Positions 45,701 through 57,052 of a stretch of 64,000 bases of DNA are shown here, one piece after another. Each line of letters begins with the position of its first letter. Position 1 is the stretch's first letter. The DNA is from an uncultured Rivularia sp. (lineage in GTDB: Bacteria > Cyanobacteriota > Cyanobacteriia > Cyanobacteriales > Nostocaceae): NCBI GenBank assembly GCA_963665115.1, contig OY762007.1, positions 5,792,001 through 5,856,000 on the forward strand, in the 5' to 3' direction. Position numbers and translations under genes: made by a program. The notes beneath the pieces are model-generated. The model was not told the origin of the DNA, did no database searches, and worked only from the letters and a program-made list of their open reading frames with translations.

Positions 45701-46595
45701 GTGTTTTCATCTTCTATCTTTGAAGGCAATCTTTACCATTCATCCGAACAAGAACCCCAACGTGCCCCTATAGGTGTCTTTGATAGCGGTGTGGGTGGTT
45801 TAACGGTACTGCGCCAAATTTACGAACAACTCCCCAATGAATCAATAATTTACTTTGCCGATACAGCTAGACTACCTTACGGCATTCGTTCCCAAGAAGA
45901 AATTATCCAATTTACCCGAGAAATTATCTTCTGGATGGAAAGTCAAGGCGTGAAAATGGTGATTATGGCTTGCAGCACCAGTTCCGCTTTAGCATTAGAA
46001 ACAGTACGTTCCGAATTTAAAGTACCTATACTTGGACTTATCCTACCGGGTGCAGTAACAGCCGTGAAAGCCGGAAAACGTATCGGCGTGATTGCTACAC
46101 CAGCAACAGCCAAAAGCAATGCTTATAAGCTGGCTATCCAAGAAATTAACAGTAATGCCCAAGTCTGGCAAGTTGGTTGTCCGGAATTTGTTCCTCTTAT
46201 CGAACAAAACCGCATTGATGATTCCTATACCAAAGAAGTAGCGCGTTTCCTATCTCGAACCTTTATTGAAACAGGAAATTGATACTTTAGTCTACGGATG
46301 TACTCATTATCCACACTTGGCAACATTATTACGATCGCTGCTTGGTGAATCTGTAGAATTAGTAGATCCAGGAAAGAGTGTTGTTGAAGCTTGTACCCAA
46401 GAATTAGATTTGTTGGGCTTAAGAAATACTTACCCACCCTTACCTACTCGATTTGGTGTGAGCGGAAGTCCGCAACAGTTTGCTCAGTCTTCAGTCAAGT
46501 GGCTCGGCTGTACTCCAGTAGTTGAATCGGTAAATTTGGAGCATCTAAATCTTGACCATCTTTCACAAGAAAATGGTGGCTTAATTAGCTATTAA
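45701..46595 (+). CDS. murI: Glutamate racemase; +1 frameshift at ~46246-46248
   Basis: PIGVFDSGVGGLTV, MACSTSS and GCTHYP motifs. Deleting one T gives VARSYLEPLLKQEID. Confidence 0.95.
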
Positions 46596-46601
46596 ATGCA
46601 A

Positions 46602-46633
46602 TACAGCACACTACGCGCTTGTGGTGTGCTGTA
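46602..46633. terminator. Hairpin between convergent murI and the small ORF
   Basis: TACAGCACACTAC...GTGGTGTGCTGTA. Confidence 0.65.
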
Positions 46634-46668
46634 CTTCAAATAAATTAAAGCAAAATTTGGTCGAGCCT

Positions 46669-46824
46669 TTATTCAAAATTATTGATAGACATCTCAGAAG
46701 AATAATCTCCCACATTTTGCGATGAAATAGCTGTTCCCGTAGTATTTTTAATTGCTTTCTTGGCGATCGCTAAAAATACATATACAGCAAACAAATAACT
46801 AGAAGCTAGAACAAATATCATCAT
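46669..46824 (-). CDS. Small single-TM hypothetical protein
   Basis: GGGGAAG RBS, then MMIFVLASSYLFAVYVFLAIAKK (hydrophobic helix followed by basic residues). Confidence 0.55.
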   Translation of the reverse strand: MMIFVLASSYLFAVYVFLAIAKKAIKNTTGTAISSQNVGDYSSEMSINNFE

Positions 46825-48054
46825 AAGTATACTTCCCCGACAAGTATTATTTTTAATTACACGCTTAAACGCAAACACTAAGTTGAATACAAATACAACA
46901 ATTGAAGCTATATAGCTTATTGCTATAGCTTTTTTATTAAAAGATTCCGGATTAAGTATAAATACTCTCCGAATTTTTTTTATACGTAATTAGTTTTTGC
47001 AGGCTATGCCAGCGACAATAAAAAGATTGTTACTATGCAATCTACCTAACCTGCATTCCAACTGCGTCATGCAGTGCTTCCTCTTTTGATACAGCAACCC
47101 CACCTTGGGTACTCTAAAACGAGTCTTCAAGATGCGCCAATATATACATGGCAGGACAGCACGTAGCTATTATTGGGAAATTCATTAATTCGTAGATTTA
47201 CTTACGAATAATCCCCTTAGTTTGAGCTTCGACTTATTTAAACCCACTGTCATCAGTTAAGTATGAAGGCGAATAAAGCAGCGACTTACTTTTTCTGAGT
47301 GAATATTTTAAGTATTTCAAATCCCTACATACAACAGTAACATAAGAACTCTAACAAGTGCAGGTATTTTATGATTTAATTTTAAATTTTTGAGATAATA
47401 TAATTGGTTTACTTATTTTCCCTATGTCTAAATAGTGTTATCGGTCATATATGATGAAGTTGACTAGTTTTCACTCTGTTATCAAAGATACTTGTGGTTA
47501 TATCGTAAAATATTAAATTTTTGTTAATAAGAGCTTTTATCTTCAAAAATCATTCGGATACAAATAATTTAGTTGCGCGAAACCAGTAAACCCCACTAGT
47601 GAATACACTTACACTTAGCTAGTATAAAATTTTGTTTTAGTTCAAGTAAGATATTTTTTGTTCGCTCAGAAGATGGAATATCCTTCTATCCTTAGAAGAG
47701 TATTCGGTTAAGGTAAGCGACAAAGACGCGGGAACACGCGGAAGTAAAGACGAAAAGGCACCTTGAAAATAAGCTTCAAAGCAATTTTCGGAAATAATGT
47801 AACTAAATATAAAGCTTAAACGCTCTTTTCAAAGAAACGTATGTTTGTAGATACATTAAATTTTTAATTCGTATTACAGTGCTTTGCCTTTCCTAGATAT
47901 TTATCTTTAAGCATGGATTTTGGTCTTTATATCAAATATGGTCTTTATATCAATAACAACATTTCTAGAATGCTTTGAGAAAAGGCACGGGCTTATCTTA
48001 AAATGAGTATAGGATATGTAAACTTTCGTAACCAAAGTCAGAGTCCGCCCATTC

Positions 48055-49026
48055 ATGACCCCAGCCACCTCCTTGTTTTCCCCAGTGGAAGCAGACCTGC
48101 ATATATTGGCAGATAACCTCAAACAGTTAGTTGGTAACGACCACCCCATCCTCAGTCTCGCCGCAGAGCATCTCTTCGGAGCTGGGGGGAAGCGTATTAG
48201 ACCTGCAATTGTCTTACTTGTATCAAGAGCAACAATGCTGCACGACGATATTACGCCTCGTCACCGACGCTTAGCTGAAATTACAGAAATGATTCATACG
48301 GCTTCTCTAGTCCATGATGATGTGGTAGATGAATCCGAAAAAAGACGTGGCGTTGATACAGTTCATAGTTTGTTTGGCAATCGAGTAGCAGTATTAGCCG
48401 GAGACTTTTTGTTTGCTCAAGCTTCTTGGTATTTAGCCAATTTAGATAATTTGGATGTAGTGAAATTGCTTTCACAAGTAATTATGGATTTGGCTACCGG
48501 GGAGATTCTGCAAGCAGTGAATAGTTTTGATGTCGATATTTCGATGGATACTTATCTGCAAAAGACTTACTACAAAACTGCTACATTATTTGCCAATAGT
48601 TCCAAAGCTGCTGGAATACTCAGCGAAGTTTCTCCAGAAACAGCCGAAAACTTGTATGAGTATGGGCGTAATCTTGGATTAGCCTTCCAAATAGTTGATG
48701 ATATTTTCGATTTCACTAGTTCTGCGGATACATTAGGTAAGCCTGCTAGTTCCGATCTTAAAGACGGGCATCTTACAGCACCTGTGATATATGCTCTGGA
48801 AGAAAAACCGGAACTGAAAACGCTGATTGAAGAAGAATTTGAACAAGCCGGAGATTTAGAAAAAGCTCTTACACTAGTAGAAGATAGTAAAGGAATTCAA
48901 CGTTCTCGGGATTTAGCTGCTTACCACGCAAAACTAGCAGTCGAGCATATGAGTCAATTACCATCTTCTTCAACTCGTCAAACTTTGATCGATATGGCAG
49001 ATTATGTCTTGAGTCGCTTGAACTAA
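48055..49026 (+). CDS. sds: Solanesyl diphosphate synthase
   Basis: GGKRIRP, HDDVVD (first Asp-rich motif) and FQIVDDIFD (second). Confidence 0.93.
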   Translation: MTPATSLFSPVEADLHILADNLKQLVGNDHPILSLAAEHLFGAGGKRIRPAIVLLVSRATMLHDDITPRHRRLAEITEMIHTASLVHDDVVDESEKRRGVDTVHSLFGNRVAVLAGDFLFAQASWYLANLDNLDVVKLLSQVIMDLATGEILQAVNSFDVDISMDTYLQKTYYKTATLFANSSKAAGILSEVSPETAENLYEYGRNLGLAFQIVDDIFDFTSSADTLGKPASSDLKDGHLTAPVIYALEEKPELKTLIEEEFEQAGDLEKALTLVEDSKGIQRSRDLAAYHAKLAVEHMSQLPSSSTRQTLIDMADYVLSRLN

Positions 49027-49244
49027 AAATATTGAAATATCATCCTGCATATTTTTGAATAATGGTTCATTAGTTATTAGTTGTTGACTTATAATTCATC
49101 CCCTCCTCAAAAGGTAGGGGCTTTTGAACTCTCCTTGATTTCCTTTGTAATAAATCCTTAACTTATAATTTCTACCTCAAAGCATAATTTGGCAATACTA
49201 ATAGGTATATGTTTTAACTATATAAATCTCTATTTTAAAATTAT

Positions 49245-49718
49245 TTAAGCAATGTCCGGAGGAACATCCGATCTGCGACTATTTTGTTGTAGCGAGCTTT
49301 CAATAATACTGTTAACGTGTGAACGTGGAATTTCCACAGCATTGGCTGTAGTGCCAGGAGTATCAAAAAAAATTATACTGTCTACGGGTTGTAGGGCTAC
49401 TATCTGGAACAAAATTTCAATAACTCCAATTGGGGCAGCTATCATTTGAGGGTCAAACCCAACACCAGAGGTAGTACTGACATCTTGTAACGTTGGATAA
49501 GCGTATATTACCTGTTTTTGTAATTGTGGATTACTCTTATTGCTTAATGTTGTTAAAACCCAGTCACCAGAAGGATTCTGGAGTATGTAATATTGAGGAG
49601 AACGCAATTTTTGAGCAATTTGAATAAGTGCCGGAGCAATTGCGGCAACTAGTTGAGGTGTAATACCATCTTGGGGTGCATTGTCAATCAAAAATTGAAT
49701 TTGTGCTTGTAAATCCAT
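49245..49718 (-). CDS. Conserved protein divergent from hetZ (possible PatZ ortholog)
   Basis: MDLQAQIQFLIDNAPQDG...YYILQN..WVLTTLSN; position opposite hetZ. Confidence 0.8.
   Translation of the reverse strand: MDLQAQIQFLIDNAPQDGITPQLVAAIAPALIQIAQKLRSPQYYILQNPSGDWVLTTLSNKSNPQLQKQVIYAYPTLQDVSTTSGVGFDPQMIAAPIGVIEILFQIVALQPVDSIIFFDTPGTTANAVEIPRSHVNSIIESSLQQNSRRSDVPPDIA
49450..49460 (+). promoter_or_regulatory. Putative HetR binding site for hetZ (GGG-N5-CCC)
   Basis: ATTTGAGGGTCAAACCCAACA, about 490 bp upstream of the hetZ ATG. Confidence 0.65.
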
Positions 49719-49941
49719 CTCGTACCTATTAATAGTTGGTGGGCATTAGCTATAACTTCTATGAAATGCGATTCGCTTTCTCGCTCGCATAATGGGAATA
49801 ATATATTTAACCAAATTGATGGGAGCTGAATAATCGGTGTTCGGCATCGGCGTTTCAACGCACAACCGAATCAACCGGCAGTCCCAGACAATATGGGTTG
49901 TAACGTTCGTCTATATAATCGGTCTTTTAAACAAGTAGACT

Positions 49942-51132
49942 ATGAAATCACCCGCGACCACAACTATTCAGGGAGAAAAGTCTATCGGCGTGGAGGCGAT
50001 ATTTAAACTCCTATTCGGAGAACTTAAATCTTCTACTAAAGCTTCGGAGTCTAATTGCCATGAAGTGGCAACACGAATTGCTGCCGAAGTCATGCGGATT
50101 TGCAATGAGAGTAAACGTATTCAAGCTTCTGGGGATATTAAAAGCTCGGCGATCGCTCTAGCTAGACACCGGCTAACCCAGTGTATGAGATACTACCAAT
50201 TCGGTTCAAACCGAGGTCGAATAGAGCTACACAGCACTTTAAGCGCAATTATCTATCGTTACATTAATCCGCCAAAGAGGCAACTAAGCTATCAAGGGCG
50301 GTTGAGCGTAATTGAAGATTTTCTGCAAAATTTTTATTTGGAAGCGTTGAATGCTTGCCGACGAGAAAATAAACTCGAACCGACTTATCGTCCTCAGACT
50401 CTTCTAGAATTAGCGGAGTACATGGCGTTTACCGAACGCTATGCAAAAAGACGCATTCCTTTACCAGGAAGGCAGCAGCAGTTAATTATCCTGCGGGCAC
50501 AAACTTTTTCTCAACAGCAACCTCCAGAAACCTGCGTTGATATAGAAAAAGCCGCAGAAGGTAGCAGCAATGATGGGGATGGTTCTTGGGAAGATCCAGC
50601 CGTACAGCAGCTCAGATCGGCAATGGCATCTCAACCAGAGCCGGAACCAACTGAGGAAACCTTGCGTTCTGTAGTCATTAACGAATTAATGAGTTATCTG
50701 GAGGAACGACAGCAAGGAGATTGCGCCGATTACTTCGCTTTACGTTTGAAAGATTTATCCGCTCAAGAAATTGAGTCAATTTTAGGTTTAACCCCCCGTC
50801 AGAGAGATTATTTGCAGCAACGTTTCAAATATCATCTGATTCGGTTTGCCTTATTACATCGCTGGGAACTGGTTCACGAATGGTTGGAAGCAGACTTGCA
50901 TACCAATCTAGGTTTGACCGAATACCAGTGGCAAATTTATATGGAAAAGCTTGACGATAAACAACGTTGTTTATTAGAACTGAAACAACAAGGTGAAGCT
51001 GATGCTCATATTGCCAAAACATTAGGTTTATCTATGGCACAACTGCAAAAAAGGTGGTTCAAAATTCTCGAACAAGCTTGGGATATTCGTAACTCTTTTA
51101 TGTCCGGATCGAGTGCATCTACTCATGAATAG
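49942..51132 (+). CDS. hetZ: Heterocyst differentiation protein HetZ
   Basis: RYYQFGSNRGRIELHSTLSAIIYRYI, AEYMAFTERY and LGLTPRQRDYLQQRFKY (sigma-like HTH); overlaps patU. Confidence 0.92.
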   Translation: MKSPATTTIQGEKSIGVEAIFKLLFGELKSSTKASESNCHEVATRIAAEVMRICNESKRIQASGDIKSSAIALARHRLTQCMRYYQFGSNRGRIELHSTLSAIIYRYINPPKRQLSYQGRLSVIEDFLQNFYLEALNACRRENKLEPTYRPQTLLELAEYMAFTERYAKRRIPLPGRQQQLIILRAQTFSQQQPPETCVDIEKAAEGSSNDGDGSWEDPAVQQLRSAMASQPEPEPTEETLRSVVINELMSYLEERQQGDCADYFALRLKDLSAQEIESILGLTPRQRDYLQQRFKYHLIRFALLHRWELVHEWLEADLHTNLGLTEYQWQIYMEKLDDKQRCLLELKQQGEADAHIAKTLGLSMAQLQKRWFKILEQAWDIRNSFMSGSSASTHE

Positions 51133-52114
51133 TGACACAGAATCCTTACAGAACCAATTACTCGCTTGGTTGTTAGCAGAAGATGCTTCAACCGAGGAGG
51201 ATTTTTTGGTCGAAAGTGAGGAAATTAACGGGGCTAAAACAAATTCTGCAAACACTGCTTCCATAAGCGGTGCTTCTGAGTCGGAAAATATGCCCTATAC
51301 TTTTCAATTGGGAGAAATTCCTGCTGTGCAAACACGTTTCCAAGCCGTTCTTAAACGTCGCTTACAAAATCAAGTTCAAGATAATCCACCGTTATTCCCT
51401 TGGGAATCGCAATTAGTAGATTATCCCGATTATGTTGACAGTCCATCTATCGCTTGGGTTCCTGCCTGGGGATGGGCAGCACAACAGTCTAAGATGAGTT
51501 TGCCAATTTTAATGCCGGAGAAAGTTTTCCAGCAATTATTGGCAAGGTGTCAAGAATTACTTACGTTCCCGGTGCCTTTGGGAGCGAAACTTGTTGGAGC
51601 GGTAGAAAGTTTATTCCCTAACGAGCCACAGGCACTTAATGACTTAGCTGGGATGGTATTAAGAAGTCCATACCGTTCTGCCGATACTTTAGAAAAAAGC
51701 ACAACGGTAGAAGGTAGTTTCTCAGATTTGCAACCCCGTCAACAAATGGCATTGTCATTGTTGGCTGCAAAACAGTTGTTAGAAAACTTAACCTTAACTG
51801 TAGATGCTGCCCAAGAGGTAGTGGAAAAGCAGTGGCTAAGTACGGTGGGTACGGTAACTCTGAGAGTCAAATACGATCGAGATGCCGAAAAACTCTTCAT
51901 TGAAGCAACACTACCTCAGAAAGGCAATTTGAAATTTGAAGGAGAGACAGCAAGTGCAGTTGCAGAACGTTCAACTTCTGGAATTGTCAGTTTAGAATTG
52001 AACTCAGTTGATCTTGGGGCTACTTATACATTGGCTGTTGAGTTACAAGACATGGATACTCAACCGCTAACATTTGCGATTGTTCCAACAAACTCATCCG
52101 AATTCAGCAGTTAA
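51125..52114 (+). CDS. patU: Heterocyst patterning protein PatU (unsplit)
   Basis: The start overlaps the hetZ stop (ATGAATAG); GEIPAVQTRFQAVLKRRL, PPLFPWE and QQMALSLLAAK. Confidence 0.88.
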   Translation: MNSDTESLQNQLLAWLLAEDASTEEDFLVESEEINGAKTNSANTASISGASESENMPYTFQLGEIPAVQTRFQAVLKRRLQNQVQDNPPLFPWESQLVDYPDYVDSPSIAWVPAWGWAAQQSKMSLPILMPEKVFQQLLARCQELLTFPVPLGAKLVGAVESLFPNEPQALNDLAGMVLRSPYRSADTLEKSTTVEGSFSDLQPRQQMALSLLAAKQLLENLTLTVDAAQEVVEKQWLSTVGTVTLRVKYDRDAEKLFIEATLPQKGNLKFEGETASAVAERSTSGIVSLELNSVDLGATYTLAVELQDMDTQPLTFAIVPTNSSEFSS

Positions 52115-52344
52115 GTTTTTTAAACTGCTAAGTTCATAAAAGAAACGATGAATATGAAAAGGTTTAGGGGTAGTAGTGAAACTGAACCTTTGTTTAACAA
52201 ACAGACAGCCCCGAGCGTAAAGTCGCAACTCTAATAAATACGCCGATGCTTTCATAGGGATTATTTTTCCTTATCGGGCGTTGAGTGCGTAAAAATATTT
52301 ATATGAGTAAAGCGGGGTAATTAAGAAGACGGAAATTTGAGTGA

Positions 52345-54649
52345 ATGAATAGGTTCAGCGGGCGTCTACATATAGGGTACTGGCGGCAAAAAATCAAGGT
52401 GCCGCCAATAGAAGTAGAAGATTCAATTACTTTTAGGGTGCTAGTTAGTGCCTTGGTAATTATAGGAATTGTGGCGACTGATGTAGCCGCAGGGGCTACG
52501 TTTAGTTTTTGGGCAATTCCTTTAAGTATAGTGGGCGGTAGTTGGAGTTATTACCGTCGCAAGCACAAGAATGTAGCAGCAAAATTCTGTATCGCTATCG
52601 GAATGTTATTAGCATTGGGTGCGTTTTTCGGGCGATTGTTCGGTGAATTGAACGATACCCGGCTTTTATTAGCAGAATTACTGATTCAACTTCAGGTGCT
52701 GCATAGTTTTGATATGCCTCGGCGTAAGGATTTGGGGTATTCGATTGTCATCGGATTAATTTTATTAGGTGTTGCAGCAACACTGAGCCAAACTTTAGCT
52801 TTTGCACCAGTGTTGCTGCTATTTTTAGCTATTGCCTTACCTACTCTGTTATTGGACTATCGTTCGCGTTTGGGTTTAAAGCCGTTAACAATTAAAAAAC
52901 AACAATCGGAAAAGAAAGATAATACAGCTTTTAATTTAAAATTCTTATTTGTTAATTTTTCAGTCATATTAGCTATAGGGTTGGCAATTTTCGCAGTTTT
53001 ACCTAGAGTTCCTGGTTATGGCTTGCGGACATTCCCGGTTAGTTCGCCTATTGACGTAAAAGGTGACTTTACCGGACGCAAAATTGTCAATCCTGGCTAT
53101 GTACGTTCCGGTAATAATAACGGTCAAGGTGGTAGCAATGGGGACGGGAACTCCAAAGGTTCTACCGGCGAGCAAAAAGTAGACGATAGCTTCTACTACG
53201 GATTTAATACCAAAATCAACCAGAATTTGCGCGGAGAAATGAAACCCAAACTGGTGATGCGGGTGCGTTCTCAAGCAGAAGGTTTCTGGCGAGTTTTAGC
53301 ATTCGATCGTTACACGGGTAAGGGATGGGAGATTTCTCGTAACGATAAAGTAAAGCGCCTCAAACGTTCGCCTTTTTCTTACCAAACTTTTCTCGATAGA
53401 CCTTTAATTATTGGTAAAACTAAAGAAGTAGTACAAACTTATACTTTAGTCTCGGAATTGCCTAACTTAATTCCAGCGATGTCATATCCCAAGGAAATTT
53501 ATTTTCCGACACCGATGATAGCTGTAGATACAGAAGGCGGCTTGCGAGCGCCAGTTGGTTTATCTGAAGGTTTAACCTACACCGTATTATCTGAAGTTCC
53601 CTATCGCGATCGCACTTTGCTGGGGAAAGCTGGGAGTAAGTATCCGAACGCCATAAAAAATTATTACTTGCAAGTACCTCCGGAAATCAACGATAAAGTT
53701 AAGCAGCTTACCGAAGAAATTCTTATAGACTACAACCGTCAGAGGGTAGGTAAAACTGAAAAAAATCTTTCATCAGCTTATGAAAAAGCTTTATACATAG
53801 CTCAATATTTGAAACAAAACTATACAGTACCGCAAAATCCTTTTGAAGCACCATTGTTAAATGAAAAAGAAGACTTGGTAGAAGCTTTCTTATTTAAAAA
53901 CAAAGGAGGGCTACCCGATCAGTTTTCTACGGTACTAACGGTAATGTTACGCTCTATCGGTATTCCATCGCGGTTAGTCGCAGGGTTTTCTCCAGGAAGT
54001 TTTAATCTATTTACAGGGATGTACGAAGTCCGTAACACCGACGCTTACGCGATGACAGAAGTCTACTTTCCTAAATATGGTTGGTTTGCTTTCGATCCGA
54101 TACCCAATCATCCTTTGATTCCTCCATCAATAGAAGAAACTCAAACTTTTCCAGCTTTAAGACAATTTTGGAATTGGATTGCGGGTTGGCTTCCTTCTCC
54201 AGTAACGGGCTTTCTCAACGGTGTATTGGGAAAAATGTTAGGCGCTATTTTAAGATTTATATCGTGGTTTTTCTCTTTATTCTCGCAAGGTATTTTCGGG
54301 ATATTGAGCGGGACTCACCTTAATAACAGCAATTTCCTTATTCGCTTGGCTGGGTTGGGATAAATGGCGAAAATGGCGAAAATGGCAGTTTTTGGGTAAA
54401 TTGCAGCCTATGGAAAGACTTTATCGACAAATGCTTCAGTGGACTACTGAAAAAGGTTTAGTTAAACATCCAGCACAAACACCTTTAGAATATGCTCGGG
54501 TTTCTCACGGACATCATTCACCAGAAACCGTGGAAGTCATAGAAGAAATTTCACAAGCTTATGTGAGTTGGCGTTACGGGGATAACAGCCCAAATTTGGA
54601 CAGCTTACGTCAAAAATGGCAACAGATAAGAAATACTTCAAAGAAATAA
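52345..54649 (+). CDS. DUF3488 + transglutaminase-like + DUF4129 membrane protein (TgpA family); +1 frameshift at ~54310-54312
   Basis: N-terminal TM helices, WRVLAFDRYTGKGW, MLRSIGIPSRLVAGF, GWFAFDP and AQTPLEY. Deleting one G gives SGLTLITAISLFAWLGW and joins ORF 54392-54649. Confidence 0.88.
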
Positions 54650-54833
54650 GTTTGTATTTATAATTTCTAATGTATTTAGTTATTACTTGAATGGAATAAA
54701 TTTTGAATCTTTGGAAAAATATACATGGTACAGGCTTCTAGCCTGTATTTTTTATGGGTAAAATGCCCTTCTAACAAAAAATCTATTCAATTCAATGTGA
54801 ATTCAGTTGGCTACTGCTAGACTTCTGTGCCTG

Positions 54834-55003
54834 TAGAACTTCACCACATAAGTTAGGAGGGGTGAAGGTAGGCAGGGGGAGCGGAGGGAGCAGAGGGATA
54901 AAACATCATTTGTAGTGGGAGCGTCTCGCTCCCTGGTGGTAAAGAGCGAGCTTCTAGCTCGCACTCCCAGATACCCCCGATCATTAATGTGGTGAAGTAC
55001 TAG
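54834..55003. mobile_element. MITE-like element carrying a GTAG REP hairpin (copy 2)
   Basis: TAGAACTTCACCACATAAGT ... ATTAATGTGGTGAAGTACTAG; internal TGTAGTGGGAGCGTCTCGCTCCCT is shared with 37319. Confidence 0.75.
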
Positions 55004-55838
55004 TACTAGTAGTCAATTGCATTAAATTCGGCAGGTAACGCGCTCGTGACAACCAGCGAGCGGGACGTATGTGCTATCTCCTTCAGAGACGCTTCGCTAA
55101 CGGACAGGCTTCGCTAACGCACTACCTCTACCCTTGATAACTAATGAAAAGGATTATTAGAAGAAAGTGCTTCTCGGGATAACCATATTATTTGTAAATG
55201 TCCCGAACTAACTCTATATATCCCACTTCAAAGATGGCAGTCTTGAGCCTCAACCAATTTTATAAACATATTATTATAATTTAAAATTTTTACTGCTCTG
55301 GCATGGATTAATAACTTTCCATAGAGCTATATAGCTAAGTAAATATTGAATAAATGCGCCGCAGGAGAAAAAGATGTATAAGAATTTTTTTAAGTAACCA
55401 TTCGGAACATTGATTATCGAAAATAAGTAAATATTGATTTGCGGAGATTGTAAGCTAAAAAACATTATTATTAATTTACGTAAACTGCCATCATAGAACT
55501 GTTTAAACCTATGAAGGCAGCTATCTCTAAGAAGTAGAAAGTGAATAGGGGTAGTAAAACAGGGTATGAAGAATCGGATAATATCGAAACTTCAAATTTT
55601 ATTAGGGAATCGTATGATACCTTGTTTGGGTCAAATTATATCTATATCTTAAGGAATATTTTGAATAAAAAAGCCGCACAAAATTATGAAAAAAAGTACT
55701 GTTGTAAATAAAATGAAAGCAATTACCAACTAAGCGCGTTGTTAGTGCTATTTTTTGGGGATAACATGGAAAACAGTTGCTTTTAAAGGCATGATTAATC
55801 ATGTCTTATCCTCACACACATTTATCTTCAGTTTCCTT

Positions 55839-56105
55839 ATGGACATTCAGTTAATCAACATCGGTTTCGGCAATATTGTTTCTGCCAACCGAGTAGTTGC
55901 AATTGTCAGTCCAGAATCAGCCCCAATCAAGCGAATTATTACCGATGCGCGAGATCGAGGTCAGCTGATTGATGCAACTTACGGTCGTCGGACAAGGGCC
56001 GTTATTATCACGGATTCGAGTCACGTTATCCTTTCGGCTATCCAGCCAGAAACGGTAGCGAATCGTTTCGTTATTTCCCGCGAGCATCATGTTGTAGATA
56101 ACTAA
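55839..56105 (+). CDS. remA: RemA / DUF370 family regulator
   Basis: [28 protein letters not shown]...[11 protein letters not shown]; upstream of gmk. Confidence 0.93.
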   Translation: MDIQLINIGFGNIVSANRVVAIVSPESAPIKRIITDARDRGQLIDATYGRRTRAVIITDSSHVILSAIQPETVANRFVISREHHVVDN

Positions 56106-56297
56106 AAGGGGTATGGGTTCAATCTCGGAACCGATATCTCGAATCAAGGGAATATATACATTTTTTGTATCATGTGAATTAAGCGATTCAAAAAGTCGTT
56201 CATGTTACAAGCCTCGCTAGTTAATAGTCATTTGCCAAACTAACAAATGGCTGCTGACTAGTGAATAATGTATATAAATGATTCACAGGGAAAGCGG

Positions 56298-56903
56298 ATG
56301 ATGCAAGTGTTATCGACCAAAACTGGTGCTACTACTAACAAATTACTGTCTCCGGGGAAACTCATTGTTTTAACAGGTCCTAGTGGTGTCGGAAAAGGCA
56401 CTCTAATGCGATTACTTCTTTCGCGTCATCCCGAACTCAATTATTCGATATCTGCCACTACCCGTTCTCCTCGAGATGGGGAAGTGGACGGCAAGGACTA
56501 CTATTTCATTAGTCGCAGTAAATTCCAGCGGTTAATTGAAGAAGGTGAATTTTTGGAATGGGCGGAATTTGCTGGTAATTTATACGGCACTCCTCGCAAG
56601 CCAGCAATGAACTTGATGGAGTCTGGAAAGTCTGTATTGCTTGAAATTGAGTTGGAAGGCGCACGAAAAATTCGTGCGGCATTTCCCGAACTGTTAAGTA
56701 TTTTTATACTTCCACCCACTTTTAATGAATTAGAGAAACGGATACGCGGTAGAAAAAAGGATTCAGAAGATGCTATATCCCGCCGTCTACAGCGTGCTAA
56801 AGAAGAAATTGACTCTGCTTCTGAATTCCACCTGCAAATCGTGAATGACGATTTAGAAACGGCTATTCATGAAATTGAAGTGGCAATGTTTTCGGATCGG
56901 TAA
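56298..56903 (+). CDS. gmk: Guanylate kinase
   Basis: [28 protein letters not shown] and YGTP motifs. Confidence 0.97.
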   Translation: MMQVLSTKTGATTNKLLSPGKLIVLTGPSGVGKGTLMRLLLSRHPELNYSISATTRSPRDGEVDGKDYYFISRSKFQRLIEEGEFLEWAEFAGNLYGTPRKPAMNLMESGKSVLLEIELEGARKIRAAFPELLSIFILPPTFNELEKRIRGRKKDSEDAISRRLQRAKEEIDSASEFHLQIVNDDLETAIHEIEVAMFSDR

Positions 56904-56954
56904 TTATTTTGATGAGCCGCCAGAAAAGCGCTTGATGCCGCATAAATAATAAAT

Positions 56955-57000
56955 AAAGGACACCAACTAAGACCATCTAAGTCTTGGTTTGTGTCCTTTT
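56955..57000. terminator. Bidirectional terminator between convergent gmk and psaL
   Basis: AAAGGACAC..ACTAAGAC-loop-GTCTTGGTT.GTGTCCTTTT. Confidence 0.7.
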
Positions 57001-57052
57001 GCCTTTATTAATGAAACCTAGTTTTTGAACCAGGTACGGGGATAATCCAATA

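Noticed and set aside
46946..46951. DIF1 motif TCCGGA
   Set aside because: A single hexamer without a convincing downstream element; not supportable without TSS data.
49099..49124. IS200/IS605-like end hairpin (CCCCTCCTCAAAAGGTAGGGG)
   Set aside because: An isolated short hairpin with no tnpA/tnpB or second end; could simply be the terminator between convergent genes.
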